NCBI GenBank assembly: GCA_963842085.1 | Contig: CAWJET010000002.1 | Span: 32,001 to 96,000, forward strand | Reading direction: 5' to 3' | Source of the DNA: an uncultured delta proteobacterium | GTDB taxonomy: Bacteria > Desulfobacterota > Binatia > Binatales > Binataceae | DNA length: 64,000 nt | Shown here: positions 1 through 10,295 of the stretch, piece by piece | How positions within the stretch are numbered: position 1 is the stretch's first letter | Layout: each line of letters begins with the position of its first letter | Position numbers and translations under genes: made by a program | The notes under the pieces: model-generated | The model's input: only the letters and a program-made list of their open reading frames with translations | Told to the model about the DNA's origin: nothing | Databases searched by the model: none

Positions 1-2
1 CC

Positions 3-185
3 GTAGCCGTCAGTCTGCCGATATTCATGCTGACGGCGCCGATTGCCAGGCTGCTGATGATTAGCCCGATCGCGCCCGCTGATTGGGGCATCGCAATTTT
101 CGGCGCGACGGCCGCCGTGTGCTGGCGCGCCTTCGGCTCGAGCCGCGTCAGCCCTTGGGTGGGCCCAGCGCGCGCCCGCCTATGA
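3..185 (+). CDS. 3' end of a membrane protein, possibly a cation-transporting P-type ATPase (partial)
   Basis: Frame 3 reads VAVSLPIFMLTAPIARLLMISPIAPADWGIAIFGATAAVCW...stop; hydrophobic, with an 'LL.I.P....DW' pattern like P-type ATPase C-termini. Confidence 0.45.
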   Translation, partial: VAVSLPIFMLTAPIARLLMISPIAPADWGIAIFGATAAVCWRAFGSSRVSPWVGPARARL

Positions 186-203
186 TGCTCTGCCTATAGT
201 GCC

Positions 204-1484
204 TTAGCTGGCAGGCTTGAGCTTGTAGTTGATCGGCATGTGCTTGATGCCGCCGACGAAGCTCGACCGCAGCCGCTCAACCGGTCCCGCCAATTCGGCG
301 TACTCGAGGCGTTTGGCGAGCTCGCGGAATATCACTTCGAGTTCGAGCCGCGCCAGGTTCGAGCCGAGACAGAAATGCTCTCCAATACCGAACGCGAGGT
401 GAGGATTCGGATTGCGGCCGATGTCGAACTTGAACGGCTCGTCGAAAACGTCCTCGTCGCGGTTCGCGGACGGGTAGAACAGGCACACCGACTCGCCGGC
501 GCGAATCTTCTGTCCGCGCACAACCGCGTCGCTCGCGGCGGTGCGCGTGAACTGGATCACCGGAGAAGTCCAGCGCACGATTTCCTCGACCGCGGTTTTG
601 ATCAACGCTGGATCGGACTTGAGCCGCCGGAATTGCTCGGGGTTTTCGATCAGCGCGAGCAGACCGCCGCTGGTCGCATTGCGGGTGGTCTCGTTGCCCG
701 CGACCACGAGCACCAGCAGGTAGGAGAGAAGTTCCAGGGCGGGGATGGGCGCGCCGTTTATTTCCGCATTGGCGATGATGCTGGTGACGTCGTTGGTGGG
801 ATGCTTGCGGCGCTGGTCGACCAAATTGGTGAAGTACTCGAACACCTCCATGCGCGCCTGGGCGAAGGTTTCGTTGGCGTCTTTGCCGCGCTGAAACTCA
901 GGATCGCCGCCGCCGATGATTTCGTTGGTCCATCGGAACAATCGCGGCCAATCCGGACGCGGCACGCCCAGCATTTCCGCAATCACGGCCACCGGCACCT
1001 TTGACGAGATCTCGGTGACGAAGTCGCATTGCTCCCGATCCATCACGTCGTCGAGAATTTTCGCGGTTATGTTCGCGACCTCGGGCTCGAGCGCGCGAAC
1101 CGAACGCGGGGTGAAATAGCGGCTCAGGATCGTCCGATACTCGCCGTGCTGCGGCGGATCCATATTAAGGAGATGCTTCAGTGGCAGCTCGGGCGGCAAG
1201 CCAGTGTCGCCCTCGTCCAGCACAAACACCGCGAGCCGCGGTCCATTGAGCCACAACCGCGGCTGAACGCTGATCTCCTTGATGTCGGCCGCCTTGGTGA
1301 TTGCCCAAAACGGATCGACTCGCGGACGCTGCACGTAAAACACGGGGTGGTGCTTGCGCAAGTACGTCCACTCCGCGTGCGGGTAGCCGTTTTTCTGGTA
1401 GTGGTCGGGGCTGATCACATCGATCGTGTCGAGCGAGAATTCGGGGGCGCTCGCGACGCGAGTGCTTGCGGCCTGGGTTTCCAT
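204..1484 (-). CDS. Cytochrome P450 (CYP125/CYP142-like)
   Basis: AGNETT I-helix, EEIVR (ExxR), FGIGEHFCLG heme-Cys motif. Confidence 0.95.
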   Translation of the reverse strand: METQAASTRVASAPEFSLDTIDVISPDHYQKNGYPHAEWTYLRKHHPVFYVQRPRVDPFWAITKAADIKEISVQPRLWLNGPRLAVFVLDEGDTGLPPELPLKHLLNMDPPQHGEYRTILSRYFTPRSVRALEPEVANITAKILDDVMDREQCDFVTEISSKVPVAVIAEMLGVPRPDWPRLFRWTNEIIGGGDPEFQRGKDANETFAQARMEVFEYFTNLVDQRRKHPTNDVTSIIANAEINGAPIPALELLSYLLVLVVAGNETTRNATSGGLLALIENPEQFRRLKSDPALIKTAVEEIVRWTSPVIQFTRTAASDAVVRGQKIRAGESVCLFYPSANRDEDVFDEPFKFDIGRNPNPHLAFGIGEHFCLGSNLARLELEVIFRELAKRLEYAELAGPVERLRSSFVGGIKHMPINYKLKPAS

Positions 1485-1520
1485 GGGTCACTCCTGCTGG
1501 TATTGCTTATTTTCGCGCGC

Positions 1521-2030
1521 CTACGCGAACATCATCTTTCTGAGCGCCGGCAGCAGGCGCATTTCCTCGCTGTCGATCAAATCGTCGAGCTTGACCGCGA
1601 GCAGGCATAGAGCCTTGCCGGCGGCGGCGACGACCTTGTCGGGATCCTGCTCGAACGAGACTCCGACCAGCTTGGCGATCAGCGCGCGCAATTCACGGTG
1701 GCTCTTCTTGATTCGATCGATCACCGCGGGAGAAAGTCTGCCCGCACCCTCAGCCCAGGGCAGCACGGTTTCATCTTCGCTGAGCAGATGCTGATTGAGC
1801 TGCGGCTTCAGAGCTTCCCAGCATCGTTGCGCCTGCGCGCGCATCTCGCGATCCGACGGCTTGAAGCCGAGGATGACGCCCGCGACGGCCGCGTCGAGCA
1901 ATGGTATCCCGAGCTGGTATTCGTTGCGGCTGAGCTCTTCTGTGAGGTTTCTGATCTTGCGCGTGTCGGCGAGCTTTTCGGGTCGCATCGCTGACGGTTT
2001 CTTTGCGGTCGGCATGTTCGTCGTCCCCAT
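1521..2030 (-). CDS. Hemerythrin-like (HHE) domain protein, degenerate
   Basis: QHLLSEDETVLP, SHREL and DSEEMRLLP match HHE repeats; some His ligands are absent. Confidence 0.65.
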   Translation of the reverse strand: MGTTNMPTAKKPSAMRPEKLADTRKIRNLTEELSRNEYQLGIPLLDAAVAGVILGFKPSDREMRAQAQRCWEALKPQLNQHLLSEDETVLPWAEGAGRLSPAVIDRIKKSHRELRALIAKLVGVSFEQDPDKVVAAAGKALCLLAVKLDDLIDSEEMRLLPALRKMMFA

Positions 2031-2038
2031 TGGCTTGC

Positions 2039-2497
2039 CTACGATACCACGCTTCCGGCGCCGAGGCGCGTGTCGGCCGAGGGGTTACGGCGAAAATAGA
2101 TTTCCCGCCCGTCGAGAGTTTCCAGAAAGCCGTAACCATCGGGCGGAAAGATGGTGGTAACGCGAACGTCAGGAGAACGTCCCTGGGTTATCGCGTCATG
2201 GCGCAGCCGGTGGACGTATTCCTCGAGCTTGATTCGCGTCGCGGCGAAAGCCTCGCTTATAGCTTGCGACAGGTCGATGCTGTTTTGCTTGTCGATCGTG
2301 AGCTCACCGCCGGGAATGTCGAGATGAATTCGAACGCGGCCGGCCTTTGCGATGACGATGAACCGCAGGTGCTGCAGGCATCTCGTGCAGCCGGTCAGGC
2401 CGTTGACGTAATCCTCGAGCGCTTTGACCTGCCGGCTGATCTCGGTCTCAACCGCTTCGGCCATCGCCGGTTCGGATGGATTTATCTGAATCTGCAT
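2039..2497 (-). CDS. HPF/RaiA-family ribosome-associated protein fused to a short cold-shock-like domain
   Basis: RaiA-like N-terminus (VRIHLDIPGGEL...AISEAF) followed by YGFLETLDGREIYF. Confidence 0.75.
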   Translation of the reverse strand: MQIQINPSEPAMAEAVETEISRQVKALEDYVNGLTGCTRCLQHLRFIVIAKAGRVRIHLDIPGGELTIDKQNSIDLSQAISEAFAATRIKLEEYVHRLRHDAITQGRSPDVRVTTIFPPDGYGFLETLDGREIYFRRNPSADTRLGAGSVVS

Positions 2498-2542
2498 TGT
2501 CGTCCTCCGAATCCAGAATCGTTCACACCGCCGTCATTCCAA

Positions 2543-2558
2543 TTCATTCTTCGTGCCG
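2543..2558 (-). promoter_or_regulatory. Possible variant sigma54 promoter for the HPF-hemerythrin-P450 genes
   Basis: Minus strand CGGCACGAAGAATGAA: good -24 GGCAC, but GA instead of GC at -12. Confidence 0.4.
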
Positions 2559-2966
2559 AGCTTCCAGGGCTGTGCGAGGCCTGATATGAGGCGAATTCCG
2601 GCGGCAGCCCGCGCGTTTGTATCATTTGGACACAGGACACTGCTCCCCTTGGCAACACAAACGAAGCTTAGATGAGGCGGCGATTGCAGATGACCGGACG
2701 AAGCGGCGCGAGCGTCATGTCCTCAGGGGATATTCAGCCATCTCGTATGCGATCGGGCCCATTCTTTTTGACAATTTGATCATTTTGCGCAAGGTTTCCC
2801 CGAGCAGTCGGCCGGGTGCCTCGCAGTTCATTACGAGACGGTCGATAAATGAATTGTGGAGGTAGTTACAGATCTGGATGCTGGACGGATCAGAAGTTTT
2901 GGTTCCTGGGGCACAAAATGTTGCTGACGAATGCGCCGAGGTTTTGGCGCCGATTCGGGGAAAGCT

Positions 2967-4529
2967 ATGTCAACTGGACGAATTTTCTCGATGTCTCTGT
3001 GCACACTTGGTGTCGTGACGTTATTGCTGGGGGGACTGGCGCGCGCGGCTGACAGCGACGGCAGCGACGCCGCCGCTCTAAAGGAGATCAGAAGCGAGAT
3101 GCGCCAACTGCGGGAAGATCGCAAGCGTGACCGCGCGGTGATCCGCTCGCTCGAGATCAAGGTGCAGCAACTCGAGACCAAAGATCAAAAGGTCGAGAGC
3201 ACTACGCAGCAACTGCAGAACACCGATCAGAAGCTCAAGGAGACAACGCTCGAGCTGCAGCAGACCAACCAGCAGGTGAAGACCCTGCAGACGAAGGTCG
3301 ATGCGCCGATCGCCGAGTCGCAGTTTGGCGACGCCGTCCAGCGATACCTCGGATCGCACTCGTTCACGGTGACCGGGGCGGCCGGCGGCAACTTCATCTA
3401 TGACCAGCAAAGCGGCGCACTCGACGACCTGCATCACGCGTCGCAGAACTCGTTCTTCTTCGACTGGGAGCCGATGATCCTGTATCGCCCGGCTGACTGG
3501 ATCCTGTTCCAAGGGGTGTTCAGCGCGGGGTTTGGTGCAACCGGGACGGGAACCGACCTGTCCACGGCAGATTTCCAGATTTTTCTCAACAAGTACATGA
3601 CGGTCGTGGCCGGGCTTTTCGATCAGCCATTCGGCGACTGGTACGAGGCCCAGAGCCCGATGTGGGTGAACCGGTTTGTCACGGCGCCGCTGCCGTTCGG
3701 AGTCGAGCCGGTAGTGCCGCCAGGCGAGCTTGGACTCCAGCTTCGCGGCGGCATGCAGTTCGGCCAGCTCGGTCAGGATTTCGACTACACGGTCTGGGGT
3801 GGAAACGGCCCCAGCTACAGCTCGGATGTCCTTGGCGCCACGGTTTCGAGCCCGTCCTCGGTCGCGTCCACCGAGACCAACGGCAAGTCGATCGGCGCGC
3901 GCTTTCGCATCTATCCGCTCCCGGTCGATACGGAGTGGGGGCGGCTCGAGCTCGGCGCGTCCACCTACAACGGCAAGTGGGCGAACGGAAACTGGTTCAA
4001 CTCGTGGGGCGTCGATTTCAACTACTTCGTAGGCAACCTGCAGACCCGCGGTGAATGGATGCAATCGTACCGCCAGATGCCCGATGGGCAGGCCTCCGAC
4101 AATCGCCAGGGATGGTACGTGCAAGCCGGCTACTTCCTGACCGGGCTCAAAGTCCCGGGTCTGCCCGACGTGATCAATAACTACCTCCGTCGATTCGAGC
4201 CGTTGGTGCGTTACTCGGGAGTTAACCAGCGCGGTGTTTCAACCGACGATATCGAGGGCGCCACCGGCGTCGGTTTGGGCGGCACGCAGGTGGGACTGGT
4301 TCCCGATTTCGGCATCAACGGGTCGCCGGCGACGTACGCACCGCATTCGCGCGAAGTGGCGCTGGGACTCGACTATTGGATCGCGCCGTCGATCGTCTGG
4401 CAGAACGAATTCGACATCGAGCTGCCGCATGCGGGAGGAGTATTCGTGTCGTCAACCGGCGCGGAGACGCCCGCGGGTTCAATTCCGAACGATCACGCGT
4501 TCCTTAGCCAATTCACGATTGGATTCTGA
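2967..4529 (+). CDS. Outer-membrane beta-barrel (porin-like) with N-terminal coiled coil
   Basis: Signal peptide, Q/E/K-rich coiled coil, amphipathic strands, terminal QFTIGF. Confidence 0.75.
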   Translation: MSTGRIFSMSLCTLGVVTLLLGGLARAADSDGSDAAALKEIRSEMRQLREDRKRDRAVIRSLEIKVQQLETKDQKVESTTQQLQNTDQKLKETTLELQQTNQQVKTLQTKVDAPIAESQFGDAVQRYLGSHSFTVTGAAGGNFIYDQQSGALDDLHHASQNSFFFDWEPMILYRPADWILFQGVFSAGFGATGTGTDLSTADFQIFLNKYMTVVAGLFDQPFGDWYEAQSPMWVNRFVTAPLPFGVEPVVPPGELGLQLRGGMQFGQLGQDFDYTVWGGNGPSYSSDVLGATVSSPSSVASTETNGKSIGARFRIYPLPVDTEWGRLELGASTYNGKWANGNWFNSWGVDFNYFVGNLQTRGEWMQSYRQMPDGQASDNRQGWYVQAGYFLTGLKVPGLPDVINNYLRRFEPLVRYSGVNQRGVSTDDIEGATGVGLGGTQVGLVPDFGINGSPATYAPHSREVALGLDYWIAPSIVWQNEFDIELPHAGGVFVSSTGAETPAGSIPNDHAFLSQFTIGF

Positions 4530-4539
4530 GGGAGTCACG

Positions 4540-4830
4540 ATGATGAAAAAAATATTCGTGGCAATCGCATTCGCGGCTCTCTTGATTGGAGCGGCGCACG
4601 CTCCCGTTTCGGCGCAGCAGCAGGACAATATGTCCCCGGCCGAGCACAAACGACTGTTCCGGGAGGGTGCGAAGCTCTGGCCGATATACTGCAATACTTG
4701 TCACAACGCGCGCCCCGGGTCCGAGAAGGCTCCGTATGAGTGGAACCTGATCATCATGCACATGCGTACGCTCGCAAACTTCCCGCAAGACGACACCCAG
4801 GCGATATTGGAATACCTTAAGGGCCGCTGA
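4540..4830 (+). CDS. Small periplasmic monoheme cytochrome c
   Basis: GGAG RBS, signal peptide, CNTCH, EW..IIMHMR candidate axial ligand. Confidence 0.85.
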   Translation: MMKKIFVAIAFAALLIGAAHAPVSAQQQDNMSPAEHKRLFREGAKLWPIYCNTCHNARPGSEKAPYEWNLIIMHMRTLANFPQDDTQAILEYLKGR

Positions 4831-4869
4831 AGCGGGGTGTGGCGCGCAAAAATTGAAACGGAGGACGAC

Positions 4870-5226
4870 GTGAACCGACTTATCTCCAGCCTTGGCGCAT
4901 GCGTAATAATCGCATGCGCGTTTGTGCCCGTGCGCGCGGCCGACATGGCCGCCGCCAAGCAGAACTACGACACGTTTTGCGTGAAGTGCCACGGCCCCGG
5001 CGGCAAGGGCGACGGTCCGGCCGCGGCGACCCTCTCCACCAGCCCGCGCAATTTCACCGATTGCGCCGCGATGGGCAAAATTTCCGACGAGACATTGTTC
5101 AACGTGATCAAAAACGGCGGCGCCTCGGCCGGTCTCAGCAAGGACATGCAGGCGTGGAGCTCCGGGTTCGAGGACGACGAGATTCACGACCTCGTCGCCT
5201 ACGTCAGGACCTTCTGCAAGAAGTAA
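4870..5226 (+). CDS. Class I monoheme cytochrome c
   Basis: GTG start after GGAGG, signal peptide, CVKCHG..GKGDGP, distal Met (DMQAW). Confidence 0.9.
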   Translation: MNRLISSLGACVIIACAFVPVRAADMAAAKQNYDTFCVKCHGPGGKGDGPAAATLSTSPRNFTDCAAMGKISDETLFNVIKNGGASAGLSKDMQAWSSGFEDDEIHDLVAYVRTFCKK

Positions 5227-5237
5227 GCGCGCCTGCA

Positions 5238-7157
5238 ATGAGCGATGGAAGTTCGATCGACGCGACTCCGCGCGACCTGTGGTGGTTTCGCAAGAACGTG
5301 CCGTGCCTTGACGCGTGCCCGGTCAAGACCGACGCCGGCCGCTATGTTCAACTGATCGCCGAAGGACGGCTGGCGGAAGCATATCGCGTCGCGCGCTCGC
5401 CCAATCCGATCGCATCGATCTGCGGGCGCGCTTGCGGCGCTCCATGCGAGGATGCGTGCCGCCGCGGCAAGATCGATGCGCCGGTGACGATTCGCGCACT
5501 CAAGCGTTTCCTCACGGAGCAATTCGGCCCCGAAGCGCTCTCCGCCAGGGGAATCCGCGACATGATAGCCGGACCATCGGGCGGTGGCAGTGTCACTCCG
5601 GGTCATCTCGATATTCTTGGCACAGGGTCCGAGGCGGGGTCATCGAAGCGCAAAGTCGCAATCGTCGGCGCCGGGCCGGCCGGACTGGCATGCGCAAACG
5701 ATCTGGCTGTGATGGGCTACAGCGTGACGGTTTTCGAGGCGATGCCGCATCCGGGCGGAATGCTTCGATACGGAATTCCAGCCTACCGCTTGCCGCGCGA
5801 CGTGATCGACTGCCAGGTCGGCGAGATCGAAGCGCTCGGTGTCGAGTTTCGGTACTCAACGCCGCTTCGACCCGGTTTCGGAGTTCAGGAACTGAAAGAG
5901 CAGGGTTATGAGGCTATTTTTCTCGCCGTGGGCGCGTCGCGCGGCCGCGCAGTGCCGATCGAGGGGAGCGATGCCGACGGGGTGATCAAGGCCATCGACT
6001 ACTTGCTCAATATCCATCGCGGCTTCCGCGTCCCGCTGGGCGGCAAGGTTGTCGTGATCGGCGGCGGCCTGGTCGCGATCGATGCGGCCCGAACCGCGGT
6101 TCGCACCCTGCTGCCGGGTCTGGTCATGTCGGAAGAGGAGGAGCAGGGCGTCGAGGCCGGCACGATGCGCGTGGCGCTGGATGCGGCGCGTGAGGCGGCG
6201 CGGCGCGGCGCGCTGGAAGTCACGGTCGCGAGTCTCGAGTCCGAACCTGAGATGCCGGCGATGAAATCCGCGCAGGGCCGCGAGGAACTCGACATCGCGC
6301 GCGACGAGGGGGTCTCTTTTTTGCCCGGCTGGGGCCCGAAGCGAGTCGTCGTCCGCGACGGCCACGCGGTCGGAATCGAACTGGTAAAATGCGTCAAGGT
6401 ATTCGACGAAGCGGGCCGCTTTCGGCCGCAGTTCGACGAGAACGATCGCCGTGTCGTTGACGCCGACGGGGTGATCCTTGCCATCGGGCAAGCGCCCGAC
6501 CTTTCGTTCGTCAGGCCCGAAGACGGGATCACGATCACGCCGGCGGGAACGCTCAAGATCGATCCACTCACGCTCGAAACCGGCATTGCGGGCGTATTCG
6601 CGGGCGGCGACGCGGCCTTTCCGCCGTCGCTTCTGATCACATGCGCCCAGCATGGCAAGATCGCCGCGCGCGGCATCGACGCGTACCTCCGGGGCAAGCC
6701 GCTCGGCCAGCCGCGGATGCACGTCACCATCGAGGAGCTGCCGACTGACACGTACACGATGGTCGATCGCTACGAGCAGAAGCGCCGCGAGATCCCGCTG
6801 GTTCCACTGTCGCGCCGCACCGGAATCACGGAAGTCGAGTCCACGTTAACCCCGGGCGACGCGCGCGAGCAGGCCGAGCGATGCCTCTACTGCCATATCC
6901 ATCCGATCTACGACGGCGCGAAATGCATCCTGTGCAATCGATGCGTGGACATTTGCCCCGAGCATTGCCTGCATTTCACACTCACGGGTGAGATCGCCGA
7001 CCAGGAGCGGGTCGCCGGCGTGATGGCGGAAGCGGATACGCGCAGCGCGTTTCTCTACGACGAGGCTAAATGCATCCGCTGCGGCCTGTGCGCGATCAGG
7101 TGCCCGACCTCGGCGATCACGATGGAGCGTTTTCAGTTCGAAGAGACGGCGGGCTGA
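5238..7157 (+). CDS. GltD/DsrL/NfnB-like FAD-NAD(P) oxidoreductase with C-terminal 2x[4Fe-4S] domain
   Basis: [63 protein letters not shown]. Confidence 0.9.
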   Translation: MSDGSSIDATPRDLWWFRKNVPCLDACPVKTDAGRYVQLIAEGRLAEAYRVARSPNPIASICGRACGAPCEDACRRGKIDAPVTIRALKRFLTEQFGPEALSARGIRDMIAGPSGGGSVTPGHLDILGTGSEAGSSKRKVAIVGAGPAGLACANDLAVMGYSVTVFEAMPHPGGMLRYGIPAYRLPRDVIDCQVGEIEALGVEFRYSTPLRPGFGVQELKEQGYEAIFLAVGASRGRAVPIEGSDADGVIKAIDYLLNIHRGFRVPLGGKVVVIGGGLVAIDAARTAVRTLLPGLVMSEEEEQGVEAGTMRVALDAAREAARRGALEVTVASLESEPEMPAMKSAQGREELDIARDEGVSFLPGWGPKRVVVRDGHAVGIELVKCVKVFDEAGRFRPQFDENDRRVVDADGVILAIGQAPDLSFVRPEDGITITPAGTLKIDPLTLETGIAGVFAGGDAAFPPSLLITCAQHGKIAARGIDAYLRGKPLGQPRMHVTIEELPTDTYTMVDRYEQKRREIPLVPLSRRTGITEVESTLTPGDAREQAERCLYCHIHPIYDGAKCILCNRCVDICPEHCLHFTLTGEIADQERVAGVMAEADTRSAFLYDEAKCIRCGLCAIRCPTSAITMERFQFEETAG

Positions 7158-7618
7158 TGGACGGCGAGCGGCGAAAGATACTGCGCTTCATCGGCAAGGG
7201 CTCGGTGTTGGCGGCTTTCCTTGCGCAAATAGGCGCGGCCGGGCGCGCGTTCTTTCCCAACGTGCTCTACGAGCCGCCGAGCCGTTTCAAGCTCAAGCGT
7301 CCCGAGGAATACCCCGACGGCTATACCCTCGACGAGGCGCACCGGCTGTACGTGATTCGTCAAAAGGATTCGTTCCACGTCATTTCCGCGATCTGCACGC
7401 ACCTGGGATGCACCGTGCAGTGGCGCGACGCCGAGTTCGATTGCCCGTGCCACGGCAGCCGCTTTCGTCCCGACGGCACGGTGATTTCAGGACCTGCGCC
7501 GCGTCCGCTCGATTGGTTCGCAACGACAGTTTCGCCCGACGGATTCCTCGAAGTCGACAGCGCAACCGACGTTGCGCGCAACTTCAGACTGATCATCGGC
7601 GGCAAAGGCAAGGCATGA
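7157..7618 (+). CDS. Rieske [2Fe-2S] subunit of a Rieske/cytochrome b complex
   Basis: RR Tat-like anchor, CTHLGC and CPCHGS; start overlaps the upstream stop (TGATG). Confidence 0.93.
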   Translation: MDGERRKILRFIGKGSVLAAFLAQIGAAGRAFFPNVLYEPPSRFKLKRPEEYPDGYTLDEAHRLYVIRQKDSFHVISAICTHLGCTVQWRDAEFDCPCHGSRFRPDGTVISGPAPRPLDWFATTVSPDGFLEVDSATDVARNFRLIIGGKGKA

Positions 7619-7621
7619 GCG

Positions 7622-8923
7622 GTGGGCGATAAGATCAGCGCGCTGTGGCGCAAGATTTCGTGGGCATGGTCGCCCGAGAGCGAGCGCGAGTCGTCGGAAG
7701 CGATCGTCAAGAACTTCTGGCTCCATTGGTTCCCCGCCAAAGTCGCGCGCGCGAGCATGGACTGGAACTACTCGTTTTGGCTCGGCACGGCGTCGGCGTC
7801 GCTGCTGCTGATCCTGACCGTCACGGGCGTGATGCTGATGTTCTTCTACGTGCCGTCGACCGAGCGCGCCTACGGGAGCATCAAGGATCTGGAGTACGCC
7901 GTCAGCTTCGGCCGGCTGCTCAGAAATCAGCATCGATGGGCGGCGGAAGGGATGGTCGCCGTCGTGTACATCCACATGGCGCGAGTGTTCTTCAGCGGCG
8001 CGTACCGCGGCGACCGGGCAGTCAACTGGGTGGTCGGGGTAATTCTTTTCCTGGCGACTTTGCTGCTGTCCTTCACCGGTTACCTGCTGCCGTGGGACCA
8101 GCTGGCGTTCTGGGCAATCACGGTGGGGACCAGTATCGCGAAGCAGGCGCCGGTAGTCGGGCCGACGATCCAATTTCTTCTGCTCGGCGGTCATGAAATT
8201 GGACAGCAGACGTTGCTGCGCTTTTACGTGCTGCACGTTTTCTTCCTGCCGGTCTTCGTGATGGCGCTGTTCGCTTATCACATGTGGCGCATTCGCAAGG
8301 ACGGCGGGCTGGCGGCGATCGAGCGCGTCCGCCTCGAGCGCACGATGACGCCGAAGGCGACGCCGAAGACCAAGAGCTACTCGCTGTTTGGAATCACGCC
8401 GGGCACCTCCGTGCAGGTGATGAGCTCGACCGGACTCGAAGAGTCCGACCAGGTTTTCTCCTCGCCGAATATGTCGCGGCGAATCGTGCTGGTCTTCCTG
8501 GTCGTGTTCAACATCACGCTGCTGGCCGCGCTGCTGTTCAACGCACCGCTGGAGGGTCTCGCCAATCCGTCGGTGACGCCCAATCCGGCGAAAGCGCCGT
8601 GGTATTTCGTCTGGCTGCAGGAACTGGTCGCGTCGACGACGGTCCGGTTCGGCGGCTTCACCGTCAGCGGCGCGTTGCTGGGCGGAATACTGCTGCCGGG
8701 ATTTCTGCTCGGCGTGCTGACGCTGTGGCCGTGGCTGGATCGTTCACCGTCGCGGACCGAGGGGCAATGGCTCGCGCCTGAGCGCAAGCGTCAGAACGCG
8801 ACCTTCGCCATCGCGACACTCGTGATCATCCTGCTGATCCTGGTCGGGGTTTACCTGCGCGGTCCCTACTGGCGGATCTACTGGCCCGGCCAGCCGCGGC
8901 CCGAGACACCGCGGCTCTACTGA
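7622..8923 (+). CDS. Cytochrome b (b6 plus subunit IV-like, unsplit)
   Basis: HRW...IHMARV, GYLLPWDQLAFWA, LH...YH heme ligands; Qo motif reads APWY. Confidence 0.93.
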   Translation: MGDKISALWRKISWAWSPESERESSEAIVKNFWLHWFPAKVARASMDWNYSFWLGTASASLLLILTVTGVMLMFFYVPSTERAYGSIKDLEYAVSFGRLLRNQHRWAAEGMVAVVYIHMARVFFSGAYRGDRAVNWVVGVILFLATLLLSFTGYLLPWDQLAFWAITVGTSIAKQAPVVGPTIQFLLLGGHEIGQQTLLRFYVLHVFFLPVFVMALFAYHMWRIRKDGGLAAIERVRLERTMTPKATPKTKSYSLFGITPGTSVQVMSSTGLEESDQVFSSPNMSRRIVLVFLVVFNITLLAALLFNAPLEGLANPSVTPNPAKAPWYFVWLQELVASTTVRFGGFTVSGALLGGILLPGFLLGVLTLWPWLDRSPSRTEGQWLAPERKRQNATFAIATLVIILLILVGVYLRGPYWRIYWPGQPRPETPRLY

Positions 8924-8924
8924 C

Positions 8925-9869
8925 ATGGCCGACAAGAACGAATCGTTCGAGACGAAGGACTTCGGCTGGATGGTCGCGATGTCGGTCCTGTTCCTGGTGC
9001 TGGTCGTGGTCTGCTTCTGGCGCGAGTTCAGCACCGAATGGGGAACGTATCAGGCGGAGTTTCCGCAACTGCTCGGCCACTACGGCAAAGTCGAAGACGC
9101 GCGCGACTTCCGCACGGGTATCAAACAGATCTGGATACCCAAGATCGGCGTGACCGACCGCTGCATCACGTGCCATCTTGGCTACGAATGGACTTCGGTT
9201 CTGCCCGCCACGATTGCCGAGCCGCTGACACCGCATCCGATGAACGATTGGCTCGTCAAGCATGAGTTCGCACGGTTCGGATGCACGCCGTGCCACGGTG
9301 GCGACGGATCGGCGACGACCGTCGCAGGGGCTCATTTGGGCGGCAGGGGATGGGAGGATCCGATGCTCTCGCCCGCCCTGGCGGGACGATACGGGCTCAC
9401 GATTAACGAGATGATCCAGATGCGATGCAATTTTTGCCATCGCCACGATGTAGCGACGCCCGGCATGGACGAGATCAATCTCGCCAAGCAGTTGTTCAAG
9501 AAGAAAAAGTGCCTGCTCTGCCACGTCGTCGAAGGGCGCGGCGGCGTCACCGGACCCGAGCTGACCTATGAGGGCGATCGCAATCCCGAACTGCTGATTT
9601 TCACGCACGTGACCGGCGAACACACGATGTTTAACTGGAACGTGCAGCATCTGACGAAGGCGAGCGCGGTTTCGCCGAACACGGCGATGCCCGATTTCAA
9701 CTTCAAGCCCGAGGAAGCGCGAGCGCTGACCCTCCTCGTGATGAGTTGGCGGCATCTTGCGTATCCACCCGAATACATTCCGGATCCCGAAGCGGCCGCG
9801 GCGGCGATGCAGCCCTCGCCAACGCCGGCGGCGACTCCATCTCCAGCCGCGACGCCCGTTGCGCGCTGA
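8925..9869 (+). CDS. Membrane-anchored tetraheme cytochrome c
   Basis: N-terminal TM helix; CITCH, CTPCH, CNFCH, CLLCH; Pro/Ala tail. Confidence 0.9.
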   Translation: MADKNESFETKDFGWMVAMSVLFLVLVVVCFWREFSTEWGTYQAEFPQLLGHYGKVEDARDFRTGIKQIWIPKIGVTDRCITCHLGYEWTSVLPATIAEPLTPHPMNDWLVKHEFARFGCTPCHGGDGSATTVAGAHLGGRGWEDPMLSPALAGRYGLTINEMIQMRCNFCHRHDVATPGMDEINLAKQLFKKKKCLLCHVVEGRGGVTGPELTYEGDRNPELLIFTHVTGEHTMFNWNVQHLTKASAVSPNTAMPDFNFKPEEARALTLLVMSWRHLAYPPEYIPDPEAAAAAMQPSPTPAATPSPAATPVAR

Positions 9870-9881
9870 GCACGGTTACAC

Positions 9882-10295
9882 TCAAGTTCCGAGCACGGTC
9901 GTGCCCAATGCTTTCGCGGCCTTGATCAGATCCTCGTCCAGGGTGGCGAGTGGCAGTTTCCTGCGCTGCGCAAGTTCCAGATAGGCAGCGTCGTACACGC
10001 TGAGCCGGTGGCGTTCAGCCAGCCGGGCCGTAGCCGTCCATGCCTGGTCCGCGGTCTCTGCATCTAAGGTGACGGGCAGGGCGCGCAAAAGACCCGCAAG
10101 ACGCTGTCGCCGCCTGGCGTCAACACGCCTTCTGCGCTCGGCCATCAGAAGCCCGTTCAAGGCCTCAAGTGGCCAGAGTGACGGAGCAAAGGCGCCGGTT
10201 TCAGCGACGCGATCCAGCAGATCCATTAGCGGCTGGGTGTGCTGATCTTCGAAGCACCACGCGAGCGCTACGGAATTATCGATGACGAAGCTCAC
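9882..10295 (-). CDS. vapC: VapC-family PIN toxin
   Basis: VIDNSV, E.LN, SVYDAAYLELA, LATLDEDL. Confidence 0.92.
   Translation of the reverse strand: MSFVIDNSVALAWCFEDQHTQPLMDLLDRVAETGAFAPSLWPLEALNGLLMAERRRRVDARRRQRLAGLLRALPVTLDAETADQAWTATARLAERHRLSVYDAAYLELAQRRKLPLATLDEDLIKAAKALGTTVLGT

Noticed and set aside
2908-2925. sigma54-like GGCACAAAATGTTGCT upstream of the porin
   Set aside because: Spacing is GG-N11-GC, one base off the strict requirement, so it was not called
3170-3300. Repetitive Q/K/T-rich codons in the porin gene
   Set aside because: Explained by coiled-coil heptads; not a DNA repeat array
4899-5237. Long N-terminal extensions in the ORF track (also at 10239, 29894, 33163)
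   Set aside because: They overlap other genes, the tRNA or leaders; downstream starts match family N-termini
5238-7157. dsrL or gltD assignment
   Set aside because: Architecture is similar but no dsr or gltB genes are nearby; context is a Rieske/cytb operon
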